A stretch of 62,565 bases of DNA, counting the filler, from Choristocarpus tenellus KU-1152 (taxonomy: Eukaryota; Protista; Phaeophyceae), in the NCBI GenBank assembly GCA_964200185.2. It is 8 parts of 8 records of this genome, joined end to end, with 100 filler letters (N's around TTAATTAATTAA, not from the genome) between each part and the next. Parts side by side here need not be neighbours in the genome. Positions count along the whole stretch, not along the records: positions 26,427 to 31,637 come from CAXNAD020011495.1; positions 31,738 to 34,869 come from CAXNAD020022097.1; positions 34,970 to 42,826 come from CAXNAD020005486.1; positions 42,927 to 62,565 come from CAXNAD020000458.1; 4 more parts are not named here. The stretch is one strand, 5' to 3'. Under the pieces are notes generated by a model, which was not told where the DNA came from, did no database searches, and saw nothing but the letters and a program-made list of their open reading frames with translations. The stretch's first letter is position 1. The number at the start of each line of letters is the position of its first letter. The translations under genes and the position numbers were made by a program. Positions 30,001 to 43,437 of this stretch are shown piece by piece.

Positions 30001-31149
30001 GGCAGATTCAAAATCACATGTTTGTCACCTCTTCTGTTTTTGAATTGATGCTGTTGTTGATTGGATGGATTGTTTTTTGGAGGGTTGGATTTTGTTTTGC
30101 TGTCAAGTTGGCTAAAGAGCGCCTCTACTGATACTCTAGAGCACTCTGTGGCAAGTCTTATTTTTTGTGTTTATTTCTCATGGTCCCATCTGTGTGCTGT
30201 AGACAACCTATCACTGTACACTAGAATTCCCGTTATCAGCAGTCCTCCATGCTTGCTGATTCACTGTTATCTTTTAAAGAGTGTTCTATCCTGTCGAAAG
30301 TTCTACAATTTAACCCACCCTCCTCCTCACCACCTGCTGATGTTGATCTTGACAATGTGTACGGCTAATTCATTTGTCTTTGCTTATATTTGGCGCAGGG
30401 GCAAGAGGAACAGGCGAGTCTTCTGGTAATGGAAATGCACTGGGCAGTAGCAGATCAGTAAGTCCGCCATAATCTCATTGCAATGAGAGTCACTTGTGGT
30501 TGGTTGAAGCAGCATATATAATCTGTCTTGTGGATTTTCTTGTTGTTGAAGCCCATGATTTTTTTTGTGCATTTTCCACTCTGTACTGTTGATGTGCTTA
30601 AGCTCACCTTCCTGTCCCCGCCACTCCCTGCACCACCCTTCCACCTTCCTGTAATGATACATACTGTGACACGGTGGAATTGCGGATTGGATTTCACCAC
30701 TAAATAGTCCCAGGATACCTCCACAACTAGCGAAACTGTGACTAATGCGTCAGGATCAACAACTGATACTTCCAAGAACAAGCCAAAGGGACTATTCCAA
30801 TCTGTAGGGCACAAATTGATAACTGTGCTCGGCTATGACCTGCACCCTGGATACACAAAGCACACCAAATGTCATTCGTAAGGCCAACGGTAGTTTTTTT
30901 ATCATGATATTTATGGTTTTTAGTATGGTCAACGTTCATTTTGGAGTATATGTACTAAGTATTTGTGTAGATACGTAAATAGTTGTCATCATAAGTAGTG
31001 GTCATACGATTGTGCATTATCGATTTGACTTGTAGTGGGTAGACAACATTACACTCTTGAGGAATTTATCCTAACAAGAATTTTTTTATTGCAGCAAACC
31101 AGGAAGAATCAAGTGGGCCTACAAGGCTGCTGGCGTTCCTACTATATAA
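27043..31149 (+). CDS. Leucine-rich-repeat protein, 5'-partial, 7 exons
   Basis: Three 72-nt phase-1 LRR exons: 27043-27114 (GPIPASLSHLTKLEYLDLSCNSLS), 27746-27817 (ESIPADLANINTMRKIVLHTNNLQ), 28785-28856 (GNLPRALSTLPLLKVFDVDWEAFS). They are followed by phase-compatible exons 29899-29949, 30399-30457, 30708-30877 and 31095-31149 (KPGRIKWAYKAAGVPTI*). The LRR exons are solid and the tail exons less so. Confidence 0.8.
29272..29430. repeat. Old dispersed repeat (partner at about 40130-40260, inverted)
   Basis: Exact 24-mer GTTGCATTTTAAGGATGCTGACAA at 29293-29316 and, in reverse complement, at 40231-40254, plus weaker flanking similarity. Confidence 0.55.
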
Positions 31150-32819
31150 ACCATGAGATGGTCTCATCCACAGTCAAGAATTAGTACTCTACCAGTAGTA
31201 CCACCATCACGTTATTTGTCTGAGGGATCTCAGAACCATTGCGGAAAAGATAAGCAAAAGAAGGCAATGCACATGAGAGTATCGAGTGCAGTAAAAAAAA
31301 CTTCAGATCAGTGAATTAGAGAGCAGATCGAGAACCTTGCGCTAACCACTTTTCGTGTATATCTTTGGATCGGTACGATGTTAGAAGTAAAACGGCCAAT
31401 ATTGGTGGTTTCTTTCACAGTCATGCCATTCTGTTCATCATGGTGAGAATTTCACATTTGGGTTCGTAATACGCATCACTGTTCGAGAAAAGGTAACCAA
31501 GACTAGGAAAGAAAAAAAGGAACAATGGAACACGAAAAAAAATAGGAGCACCCCCCCCCCCCCCCCCCCCCCCCCAACCCAACAAAAAAAAAAGAAAAGA
31601 AAAAAAAAAAAAAAAAAAAAAAGGAAGGGATGGAAGGNNNNNNNNNNNNNNNNNNNNNNNNNNNNNNNNNNNNNNNNNNNNTTAATTAATTAANNNNNNN
31701 NNNNNNNNNNNNNNNNNNNNNNNNNNNNNNNNNNNNNTTCCCCTAGTCTATCCCCCCCCTACTGCTGCCTTTCCCCAAAGCCCCCAAGTCAACCCCCCTT
31801 TCGCCATTGTCTGGCTCCAAATACCCCGATCCCTCCTTCACCACTGTCCCACCACTTCCCAACATAGTCCCAGCACCACCGATATTCTGCCCCAGCCTTA
31901 CTGCCACCAGTTGCTGATACCGTTCACGACAGAACTCTGCCTCAACAGTATCACCACTCTTCTGAAAAATCCTCCAAGCTTGCTTAGCAGTCTTAGCATT
32001 CCGTCAAAATTGTGCTCCTTTCCTAGCAGTAGCCTTTCCATTATGCCTATGTGCCTCCTCATGTATCTAGCTGCATCATCCAATGTGGATACGAGGGCAC
32101 CAATAATGTGGTCGTCCATCCTCCTTTTTTCCTTGACTCTGCTTCCAACTTCAAGTCCTCCTCAGCAACCCCCTGTAAACGCTGTCGGCTCCTCAATCAT
32201 GGATTTGCTACTAGCCCGGACCCCCTCATTGCCTTCACACCCTCCGTTGAAGAGGACTCCACTAAGCCCCCCATCCTTGCTTAAGTCACATGAGGATGTG
32301 GACCCTTCTTGTGGGGGGTCCCTCTCTCCTCTCTCACACGTCAAAGTCTTGGAGCACATCGTTGGATGGGGGCCCATATACTGCAAACAGGAGAAGATAT
32401 GGAGGGAACCAACCATCTGGCATTTTTTTTGGAGGGGGGGGAATAGGGGAAACCTGGGGCAAAGGTCTCCCCCCTGATCCAGGAGAGGGTAGTTCCTGGC
32501 TGGGCCTTTCTGGGGTGGTGCTGGCAAGACTGGAGGTGAGACCTCCTGACTCAGACGCCACCACTTTAGCCTCAGTTGCCGCTGGAGATTCGCCTTTGTC
32601 CTTCCCCCCCCCAACCAGGTCGATGGTACTCCCAATAATCCTCCATTTATCCTGTTCCTCCCAGAACCAGTTGCACAGCTTCTGCAGGCAGTCCGTCTCC
32701 TACTCCCCAGACCGCAACTTTCCTCTGCGAACAAGACTGGGAAGCAGAAAAGTGTTGTATGTGTGTGTGTGTGTTAAGATGCTCCCCATTGAGCATTGTG
32801 ATTATGGATTTCAGGTGTG

Positions 32820-33330
32820 TAACCTACGAAAGTGAAGCGCAATACAGGTGGAGCTCAAGGAACATCTACCGCGATACTCACGTCAGCCAAAGGGAGATGT
32901 ACATGTTGGTGACAATCTTCTGCGCCTTCGTCCACCTGGACCATATCGAAGTGTTCAAACATAGGAATGTCCTCGGAATGGTCTTCTTCCTGGTTCCCAA
33001 GGTTGTCTACACACCAACACTTCCTTCGTAAGAGTCGGGGGGGTTCAAGTCTGGGACTTCCTTCTCCTAAGCACTTCAAGAATCCAGGGACCGCCACATC
33101 CATGTATGCTTGTGTTGTCAAGGCATGTCTCGTATTCTGTGAAACTGTGCTTCCGCATTCCTTCACAGACCTTGCCGCATAGGCGATGGGAACGGCTTCA
33201 AATGACCAGCAGTCATCTTTGAAGAACACGTTGAACCACACACACGTGTTCTTCAGTCTTCTGAGTACCCGTGACACTACAGCATTCAACTCGAAGCCTA
33301 TGCCCATAATCGCATCCTCATAAGCCATGA
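32820..33330 (-). pseudogene. Highly decayed mariner-like transposase fragment
   Basis: ORF 33328-32855 contains ...DIPMFEHFDMVQVDE, matching the FxxMxDxVHVDE first catalytic Asp motif. Confidence 0.45.
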
Positions 33331-33785
33331 TTCAATGTTCCAAGAATTTTGTATCAGTATTGGCTGTCCAGGGTTATTCGTTAGAGTGGAGTGGTCTGAT
33401 GGTGATGCTGGGAAATCTTGTACAATGCATGGCATCAGCAAAATCAAAGGAAATCTGTAGTACAACTCGCACAAACCATACTTGTCCAGTTCTCTTTTTC
33501 CTGTCCGGATTTTCATGGAGAAAGCAAAACCAAACGGCCAAAAAAATGTGCATATAGAAGTTGACCTTATGTGGCAATAAACAAGACAACAATAGACAAA
33601 TCTTTCCACATCATCCCCCCTTCTGATGGGCCTTGAAATCATTTAAGCACATTTTAGGACCAAACAAGAGGTGAACTCTAGGAGAAAAAAGTGAAAGGTA
33701 TGACTTTTAGCCTACAACTTCACCATTGCATTACATTACTTCATTTAATATGAAGTGCAATATATCAACGTGGCATGAATGAATA

Positions 33786-34708
33786 CCTCCTCCGTTCGGA
33801 ATTAAATGTAACGTGACTTTTGGGCGTTTTCACCTGATAAACACTCAGTCCGACCAGACTTAGTTCTAATATAGATTGGGAGACATGCAAAGTTTGAGAT
33901 GGTGGGCTGTCATAACTGTGAAGGATCACTAGTGCAAAGTTGGCCAAGTCACATATGACGGGGCTCAAGAACCTCATGAAATTGTCAAAGTGAGTGTTTA
34001 TTAGGATGCCTAGGACAAAGGCCCCTCATTGTTCAAGTGGCTCACTCATCCCGTCATCACCTGTCGATCACAATTCTTCGGCCCAGAAGTCTGTCTGGGG
34101 TTAGGACTCAAACATCAAAACGAAGAACACCATGGTGGCACAATGCCTGGAGTGGAGAAGACGTGAGACTCGGAAGTCTTGGGCGACAGCAAGACCTGAT
34201 CATGGAGGACTTCAAAAATTTCTGAATGACCATGTTTCATCATCTGAAGGTTTTTGACAGTCAGATCACACCGGGTGAGTGAATGGACCTTGCATGACGT
34301 CGCAGGGGCGATGTGCCCGCCGTACAAGTATCCTCAACATTTGAGATGTCTCCTCAGTACACTACACATCCTTTGTAAATGAGCAGCCGAAGCTGGGTAT
34401 CCCCTGCCTCGTTGTGGGATCTGTACAAGTGCGAGAAGGTGAAGAAGGTCAAACGGTGGATTAAGACAGTCCTCTCAGACTAGCACAAAGTCAACAGAGT
34501 GGGTTTTATGACCAGCCGCAGGCACAGGTGGGGCGGAAGTGGGGTATTAGTGTACGATCCATATGACTGGTGCATGTGGACGAGAAGTGGTTTTACATCC
34601 TCAAAGATGGGCAAGGTGTGTACTTGTACCCCACTAACGACCCCCCCAAACCCCCATGGGCACAGAATAAGCATTACAGTACGAATGTAACGTTCCTTGC
34701 AGTCACGG
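33786..34708 (+). mobile_element. Tc1/mariner (plant DD39D-like) element, 5' part, decayed
   Basis: TA|CCTCCTCCGTTCGGAATT TIR. The transposase fragment VHVDEKWFYILKDGQGVYLYP...VTFLAVT is cut by a MITE at 34709. It is homologous in reverse to 43438-45026. Confidence 0.85.
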
Positions 34709-34869
34709 GACTCAAAGTATCTGAGGGGGGGTGGCGGCTGTCAATTTTTTCATGTCGTGATTTTCTAGTGATTTGGTTACATACTTCGGATGGAATGTAA
34801 ATGCACTTTTCCTGATTTCGACCCAAATGGACACCCTGGTGTACACCCCCCTCCCCCCCCAGATACTTT
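34709..34869. mobile_element. MITE family B (TIRs related to family A)
   Basis: GACTCAAAGTATCTGAGGGGGGG ... CCCCCCCCAGATACTTT. It is the reverse-complement homologue of 1-140, and another terminus sits at 21425-21460. Confidence 0.7.
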
Positions 34870-35382
34870 NNNNNNNNNNNNNNNNNNNNNNNNNNNNNNN
34901 NNNNNNNNNNNNNTTAATTAATTAANNNNNNNNNNNNNNNNNNNNNNNNNNNNNNNNNNNNNNNNNNNNGGGGGGGGCTAAGTCTTTGGAGTTTGGCGCA
35001 ACTCCACATTTAGTTTCTGTTCTGTGTTCTTGTGTGAACCATTTCGATGTGTGTGGATTTTTCTTAATTCGGTTGGTTGGTAGGTTTTCCATCCAGTGGC
35101 GTGTTTTTTGGCTATGTAGTGCAATGTTGTACAACTGGCATTACGCGTGCAATTGTGCTGCTAGCCCTGTGGCGGTCATGACGGCTCCTGGGCAAACATT
35201 GTATATATTCTGCGTTGTTTTTTATTCTTACACTTGTTCTCTTTTCACCTCACCCTACTTATGAAATATAAAAGAACTAGAACTTGCTAGGCGGTATATG
35301 CAAAACGATGTGTCTGCTCATGCTAACAGTTACATCTTCCCACTCTCTCTCTCTCTCTCTCTCTCTCTTCATGATCTCCCAG

Positions 35383-37958
35383 CAACGCCAACTTCACCAA
35401 ACGAGTGCTTCCTCTTGAAGGGCACAAAGCATTGTTGGAGTCAACAGGATTCAGGACCAAGGGCAGCGCATGGGAGTGGCATTGGCATGAAGAGGGGTAA
35501 GCAATACATGCCTTGATTGTGTATATCGAATCCTCTTCTTTTATTTCAATTTTTTTTTGGTGTAGTCAGTTTGAACACCTAATATACATATATATATATA
35601 TACGTTTCTTTTCTTACTTCAATGTAAGGGGAAGTTCTCGCTGTCTCTCATTGTATGTGCTTGGATTATGTCTGTGATGCTGCAAGTTGGAAGTGGTTGA
35701 GTTTTTTTGTAAATTTTTTTTGTGGGAAGGGCAATAGGTGAATGTTATAGATCATCTCTCCCTCGTACCATACCTAGAAAGGACCAATTTTACAGAAGCT
35801 TTGGGTATATATACAGGTGGAATAGGTTGAAGATGCTTTCTTGCATCGGACTGAGTGCTTACTCTATTAAAAAAAAAATGAGAGGGGAAGTCTTTTTATG
35901 GCCTCTTTATTCATTTGCATTGCCTTCATTCTTATTTCAAATTTATTTTTTCTTAGTAGTAGTAGTAGTAGTAGTAGTAGTATTAACAAGGTATTGATTT
36001 TGGGTACCTTCCTCATTCAACTTGTGATGTGCAAACACATATTTGAGCTTTCACAAGGCGATGCTGCTGCAAGAGCTTGCCTTAAGCAAATGAGCCCACA
36101 CGCTCTCCAAGGCCCCCTGCGCATCCTCACAATCATTGTTTTTTTTGTTCATGCCATGCGCTGTCAATACCCCAACACCCTCTTCCCCTGTACGACAGCC
36201 CCTCTGCTGCAGCCAACAACAAGTCTGTACTCACAGATGTTGTGGCCCGTATCGATGCCTTTACAAAGCAAAGCACTTCCGTGGATACGCCTGTTGTGTC
36301 TACACCCCAAGCAAACGCCTCTATCAGTGGATCCCCTCCCCCCGCCATCAACAATGTATCCACCGATAAGTCCGCTCTTGTGGCAGCGACTGCTGCTGTT
36401 ACCCCTCCTGTCCCTATGGCCGCAAAGGCAGTGTATTCAACTAACATGGTGGGGTCTGGACTGGGTAGCTCTAGCATCCGCCAGAATATGCAATCTAAAG
36501 AGTCAACAGAAGTGCCCTCTGGGGCTTTGAACGGGGCAGTTGAGGGCTCAATGACCCAGGAAGCTAAAGCACCGTATCAGTTGCCTCTGCCTGTGAGAAG
36601 GGGAGTTGATAACATTGTTGATGGCGTTGACTCGACCTTAGACGTGAAGCCCACCCAAGGTGTTGATGGGGTGGTAAGGAGTGTCACAATAGAAGGTATG
36701 ACCAAAGTGGTAGCAGGGGATTTGAATCCTAATGGGGTGGGGGCTGGTCCTCCTAATGGGGTTGGAGGAGGAAGCAGTGTTGGAGCAGCAGAGTTGGGGG
36801 TTACCAGTGGCAAAAGAGGAGGAGGTGACTTAGTGCCTGCTCCACCAAGACAAGTGGTTTCCATGGCAGAGGTGGGTTTATCAGGTTGTTTGCACCTTGG
36901 AGGGGGGATATTTGTGTGAAGTTGGATTCCTTAGTGGATTTTTGTCTTGTTGTGTGGGTCCACAGGTGAAGAGCTACTTATTGATTTCTCATGTAAATTT
37001 CGTAGGCCGTTTTTAGCCACTTGTAGTGCATGCTTTTATCTGTGGTCAATCATGGATGCTATAATCGTGTGATTTTGTAATTGATACCACCAGAGGTGCG
37101 TATATGCACAGAGTATGTATTGTCTGCTCTATATATTGCAGGTCTTTGAAATAAAGCATTTGGCATTATTCTTGATGTGCTGTGTACTAAGGGTGTACAG
37201 ATGCACAACTTCACCACTACAAGTGAAGCTAGGCCACATTGAAGTATTGAAGCTATTGCAGCTGTGTGCAAACCATGGAAGCCAGTCAGTGGCTCTTCAT
37301 CTTGACCTCAAAATAGCTGTGCTTTTTATTTCACAGTGTACTGCAGATTGCTGGATGCAGTGTCTCCTACTCCTCCTGTGATAGTATTTGATTCCTCTGC
37401 CATGTGATTTTAAACATGAATGTATGGTGCTTCAGTGTCACAGAAGGTTGACCACAGTCGCAGGCCACCGTAGTAGTAAGAGGACACTGTAGTTCAACCC
37501 CTTGAGTCCGCCTTTTGCTTCCCATGTCTTACATCTCTGCCCTTACTGTGATGATTCCCTACACCCCTGCTGCTCCCTCCCCCTGTCTTTCCTCTCCTTC
37601 CTTACCCCATTGTGTTTTCTATGCAATTGATTGGATGGGATATTCCCCTCCCACACACACACCCACAAAGGTTGCGGAGGCTGTTCAGCGTGGTGAAATC
37701 CCTCCAGACATCCTCCAAGTGGAAGATCGACTGTCTGCAGATGCCGACACATTCTCTCCTGAGCTTCAGCCCTCACCTCCCAAGCCTTGGGAAAAACCGC
37801 AGGTCGTTCAGGCTCAGGTGGCAGGAGATGAAAATGATTTGAGCAGTGGCACCAGTGGTGTTGGTAGTGGTACAAGTACAGATGGACCTCTTTCAACGCC
37901 AAGTGTTCTGGGTGGGGCAGGGAGCCTGCAGCAAGTTGTAACTGCCGTTGGCCCTTAG
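35383..37958 (+). CDS. PEX14: PEX14-like peroxin with PUB-like domain and KPWE motif, 5'-partial, 3 exons
   Basis: Exon 35383-35496 reads NANFTKRVLPLEGHKALLESTGF (PUB-like N..F...V....G...LL...GF). Exon 36199-36871 is a low-complexity linker ending VVSMAE. Exon 37671-37958 reads VAEAVQRGEIPPDILQVEDRLS...PSPPKPWEKP...*, resembling the plant PEX14 MIQRGEKP...KPWE region. The Pex14 N-terminal domain is not in the contig. Confidence 0.7.
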
Positions 37959-40900
37959 TGGCAGATGGGGCAATATTATACCCCAGAAAAACCTCTTGTG
38001 TTTGCTATGGTGCATTTCTTGTGACGCAAGAGTCTAGCAAGATGGTTAACTGTAGAATAGAATGGTCTTTTGGTGTGGTTGATGAGGGAGTTATAGCCTT
38101 TGGGACTTTCAGTTGTATGTTTGCTCCCCTCTCTCTGTAGTAGTGAGACCTTTGAACCGATGAACCTGTTGCGAGAGAGCGCTCATTTGAGCCCAGGGAT
38201 CGGGTGTGATGATGCTTAGTTCCTGCGATAAGAACATATTGGCAGGTTGCCATTGCTCAAAGGTATTTTTGTGTGGGTAGTTAGAGAGATGTGTGGATTT
38301 GTCTTCAAGTTGGTTTTATCCCGTGTAGTACTCAGTAGAATCACTGGTATAAAGTTCATTGTACTGGTATAATAGGCAGTGATCAGGGCTGTTCACCCTG
38401 CTCAGGAGTCAAATCACCACCAGGAACAAAAACCTTGTGATTTTTTTTGTATTTTCCATGGCATGTAGAAGTGGTCACAACTTCAGGTGGCATCACATTG
38501 GGTGTTTTTTGTGTGTTTGTGCCTGTGTGTGTGTGTGTGTGTTGCAAAGGATGTGGCAGTGCTAATGCTAGCATCCCCTGGCATGGCAGTTCCATCGAGA
38601 AATTGCTTGGAATTTTCATCACACAAGAATGGCTCAGTGTGTGTATGGAGTACTCAAAACCCTGTCCAAGGTCTGCCCCCCCTCGATTTTGTCAGCTGAG
38701 CAAAGTGTGTGTTTACACAATGACGTTCTTCCCTTGGATAGGGTACTCTCGCTGGTTGTTGTTGGTCCTCTGTTAATAGAAATATACTGCAGTGTTGTTG
38801 ATGTTGCCTTTTATGGTATCACAGATGGGACTCTCTGTTGAGAGTTCATCTAGGTCTTGGTATATATGTGTAAACATTTGGAGTAGAGTTCTACTACGTG
38901 AACTTTGACAGTCAAGTGCTCTCATTACGCCATCAAAACTAAGAAGCAGAGCAAAGTTTTCAACATCGCGCTCACTGTGGTTTTGTGCATGTACGATTAT
39001 AGGGACTACCAAACAAAATGGACATGGCTAAGTGGCTGAGTAGGTAAGTACTCCTGGAAAGTGCCACTGTCGCACCCTAAATTGCACAACGGTGAGAGGT
39101 ATGATCTATTCACTTACCCAGTTTAATGTAGGACTATTCGGAAAAAATGGCAAGAGAATTACGTATATTTTCTTATCTTCAAGTATGTACAGGGATAAAG
39201 GGGTATGACGACAGCGGCAGATATCTGCTGGTTTCTAGGGCGTGCTCATCACTTCACAACTCGTGTGTTTGCATAATGGTCAACAGCTTCAGGATGATTG
39301 TGTCAACTAGCATTCCTCCCATGTGAACCGTTCGCTATATCTTGAGTGTTTTGTGGAGGGTGTTCCTGCATGATTTCAAGGGTTCAAATCCCATGGAAAC
39401 CAAATTTCCTTCAATGAAAATCTGGTTTCCATTATTCGAAGTACACATACAGGTTATACACCTGTCGCATTTATATCCTACCCGTCCCTATCTATACCAC
39501 AGAATAAGTTCCACACCAGGAATGAGGTGAGAAGGCTTCGTTTCCGAGCGAAACCAACGTCGGTCCAGGACAAGATTTGGGGAAGGAGGCGGAGTGAAGA
39601 GCATTGGGATGACTAAACCCAACACGCAAGGAACAAGGCACAAACGGAGACAGTAACAATTAGTCGTACGTCGTGCAAGAGCTAGTTCAGCCACATCTGA
39701 CAGGAGTAAGAGTGCGAACCAATATACAAAATGCATATCAGGGGCTCAATGAAAATGCAACTGATCAATCACTAAGGCCACTCTCATCACACCACTCACA
39801 CTCGATTCTTACACATCTTTTACCTCTCCGTCATACATGCATCCACGTGCCACGAGTGAGCCTGGCCACTCCTGCAGAGGCTTATGTATACTTCTAGTAC
39901 ATTTTTTGTTGTTGTTGCTGATGCTGGCATGAACTGAACCAAAATTTGAAGTCGAACCTCATTGTTGATAGACTGGTTATCCGCTGTACTAGTACTACCG
40001 TCGTTAACTGATATGTTTGTGCACTTCGAGAACACAAAGTAAACGAGAGTAGGTATTCAGGTTTTGTCCGCTTCACATTTGAACCCACTTTTTAATCTTT
40101 TTCGGTCCACTCATATTTCTATGGATGAAATGTTAAGATATAGTTGATTTCTCCTTCGCTTGAAAATTTTTGACAGGGTTCAGGAAAATCCCTTTCCATA
40201 TTTGTCCAAAAAAATGAATTTTGCACAAAATTGTCAGCATCCTTAAAATGCAACCTGGGATACCTGTCCTTTACTTCGACCCCCCCAAAAAATATGCACC
40301 GATTGAAGTCACTCATTGTACCCTTAACAACATCATCGTTAAGGTAGTACGGTACCTACTACACACCTTTAAGAAGAGATGTTTGAATATATTATGCTGA
40401 ATGAATGAAGTTGGATTCTGGCAACAAAGGAAAGCCTAAGTGTGTGGCAATGCGTGGATTGTTGTAGAAGAAAACATACGAACAGCCACGATTAGTAGAT
40501 CTCTTCTAAAAATAAATGTACCTGGATTTACCCACTCGACAAACAATGAGAAACCCCGAAAGCACTACTACTACTACTACTTGAGTAGTTTTCGTTTTAT
40601 TGATCATTATACGAATGCAAGATTATAGTATGTGCTGGATGCCTAGACTCAAAAATGAAATCAACAACGGGATTAGTAGCTGACAATAACGGGCTCATAC
40701 TTAATCCTGACAAACAAAGTCCCCCTCACTCACATCTCCGCTGTTGTTGTTAGCACCTGCTTGCTAAGAGTTTGCTGTTCAGCGGGAAATTTTGCGCACC
40801 CCTCAAGCAATCCATCTTCCCATGTATGTCACCTCGGCTTCAATAATAAATTCCTCCTACCCAAAGTAGCCTTATTAGCAGATGCCCTAACGCTTGGGGA

Positions 40901-42481
40901 TAGTGCCTTGAATAAATCTTGGCTGTTAGCTACTGAGTGAGGTATCTGGTCAAAACTGCAACCAATACAGTCATATACAACAGAGAATTGTTATTCACAA
41001 ATCTAGGTTGGCCTATTGAGGACCAGAGTGAGATTTTCAAAAATTGAAATTCTAGAGTTCGGGCTTAGGGTTTGGGTTTCAAGTTAAGGGCTTCGGGTTT
41101 GGTTTTGGGGGATTGAATTCTGTGAGATATATCAAATCCTTTTTTTCTGTTTCTAATGCAAATTCTTCTTGGCATTGAGCCTGACCAAGCGAGGCTGAAT
41201 TTGGCGTGGTGTCTGTCGTGCATGTATGTATATGTGTACCCCTTGCTTAGCATTCTTGAGGACGTTTAAGAGAAGGAGAATGAGTGAATGTTCTTTCCTG
41301 GCAGAATTGCAACTATGATGTTCGGTTTGTGTGTGAATGCTGTTCGTCCCCTCTCTTCTCTCTTCCTCCACACGGTTTGTGTCGTCATATGCTGGATGAA
41401 ATCAGCTCTATCTACTACTAGCAGTAGCGGCAGTTGTAGTGATGAAAAGATGCCTACCCACACAACAAGAACATCAACAATGACGACATTAAAAAGGTTG
41501 GAAAGGCTATCCAATGCTTGTTATATAGTGCTATTTGTTGGTGGTTGGTACTGTCAGTGGTATGAGCAGTATATGCTTCACTAACTATAGTTACCTGCCA
41601 TGTCCAATTGATGAGTTTCTGACTTTTTCCCTCAACAACCTTGGCGAATGCTGTTGGCATCAACAATTTTCTGTTCCCTGCTGGGTAATATTGAGCGGTA
41701 TCTAGATCTTGACTGACTCCTCCCTTTGATTTCTGACTGTTCCCTTGTCATTTATTATAGTTTATTCTTTTGTTTATTTCTTCTCCTCTCTCTGAGCTCA
41801 CGTTTCAAAAAACAACACGAAATCGGGAGCCCTGAACCTCATAGAGTAAGAAACTGAAACTATTTTCAACCAAATACATTAATCATACCGCATTGCCCTC
41901 ACTTGCACAGTAGAATTATAGAAGGATCGAAAATACAGTCCCAAAATGCTTGTAAGACGTGTTCCTACTACTATGCTCTGCCAATCTTCGTTACTTCGAA
42001 GTAACTTTAGGAGAGTGATGAACGATCATTATGAAATCTGATTGGGAAGTGCCGAATACTTGCTGGGATATTGGGAAGCAGAAGGGTCAGCGTCGGTTGG
42101 TTTAACGATCTAAAGGTGGCACCAATCGATATTCTGGCTTTCCCGTTTCTACTAGGAACCAAACTTTATCACAATAGATAGTCACCCCTCTATTGAAACA
42201 GTGGTTTTTGTAACCTGCTAATAGTTTTTTCTTAATGTTCGAACTGAGGCTGAACACAGGAATATGTGATATGAGGCAACTCACTTGCATTTGCGAGTTG
42301 CCATCTCTAGTTTTGTTTTTCAATTTCAGGAACTAGGAAATGTTTTGAAGAAGCTTAGCGCGCCCCCATATGTGCGCTGCGATTATAACTCGATTTGAAT
42401 CAGGTTAGAACATCGAGACAAGCAGGTAGGAACGTAACGGTAGAGAGAAAGAACAGAAAAAGAAGAAAAAAGTAGGGGAAA

Positions 42482-42800
42482 GGGAAAGTTAATGAAGTAA
42501 TCTGAGTTGGGAGTGGGAGAGTTCTGGTAGGACTAACGTATAGGGAGGGAGGGTGGATATGGAAAAAGAAAAATATCAAAGGGTGGACAAAGAGTTAAGT
42601 ACTGAATGGCTAGGAGGCAGGCAGAAGAGGTGAGAGGGAAGTTAAAAAGAAATGGGTGGGAGATGGAAACACGAGGTAGGAAGGAATTGTCAGAACATAA
42701 GGAAAACCCGAGGCTTGGGGGTACGGAACAAGTAGGGCTAGAACAAGACAACCTCTGAGCAATCTCTCCCCCCCCCCCCCCCCTTTCCCTTCCCCCCACC
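42482..42800. repeat. Purine-rich dispersed repeat, copy 1
   Basis: Aligns over about 300 bp with 58994-59300. Shared blocks include GGAAAAAGAAAAATATCAAAGGGTGGAC and AGGGCTAGAACAAGACAACCTCTGAGCAATCTCTCCC. Confidence 0.85.
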
Positions 42801-42926
42801 CCCCTTGGGGGTTGGGGGGGGGGGGGNNNNNNNNNNNNNNNNNNNNNNNNNNNNNNNNNNNNNNNNNNNNTTAATTAATTAANNNNNNNNNNNNNNNNNN
42901 NNNNNNNNNNNNNNNNNNNNNNNNNN

Positions 42927-43400
42927 AGCACCTCACATGGACAAGGACACCTCCCCGGTCGCTGAACTTAGCAGGGGAGCGGGGGAGGGGAGTATCAACC
43001 TTGTAACACAGTCGGCACAGTCAGCAGACCGCAACATCAATGTCTTAGGAACTTTAACTCGCAAAAAGCCGAGTTTGGTGGGAGCTCTACCGTACCATAG
43101 AGGAGATGGTGGTACATTTAAATGCGCTTTTCAATTACCTCTACGCAGAGATTCTGGAGCGAGTGTGGCGGAGTATGTTTAAAAAGTACAATCAGGTGTT
43201 GGTGTCGTTTGGAGCCAATAACTTTGAGGTAGAACACGAAAATGCCGAAAATTCACCAAGTAGTTGGTGGTCAAAAATATACATGAAGCTTGACGATGAG
43301 GCGTACCACATGGCAGAGGCTTGGTGGTGTGAGGGGGGAAGGAGATTGAGGAGGAAGGTCGATTTAGGTGAAAATAACAGCAAGGAATCCATTGCAACAA
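42927..43400 (+). pseudogene. Mariner transposase C-terminal relic
   Basis: Frameshifted LVTQSAQSADRNINVLG (similar to QPPNSPDLNINDLG) and LERVWRSMFKKYNQVL...GANNFEVEH. Confidence 0.75.
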
Positions 43401-43437
43401 TCTGCTTCCAAATTTTCTATATTACAAAAAGTTACTA

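Noticed and set aside
39030-39395. tRNA or tRNA-derived SINE (A-box-like TGGCTGAGTAGG, B-box-like GGTTCAAATCC)
   Set aside because: The boxes are about 340 bp apart and no cloverleaf can be folded.
41150-41680. Two possible minus-strand exons (GNRKLLMPTAF...WTWQ / TPRQIQPRL...*)
   Set aside because: The splice sites are plausible, but there is no recognisable motif, start or further exon.
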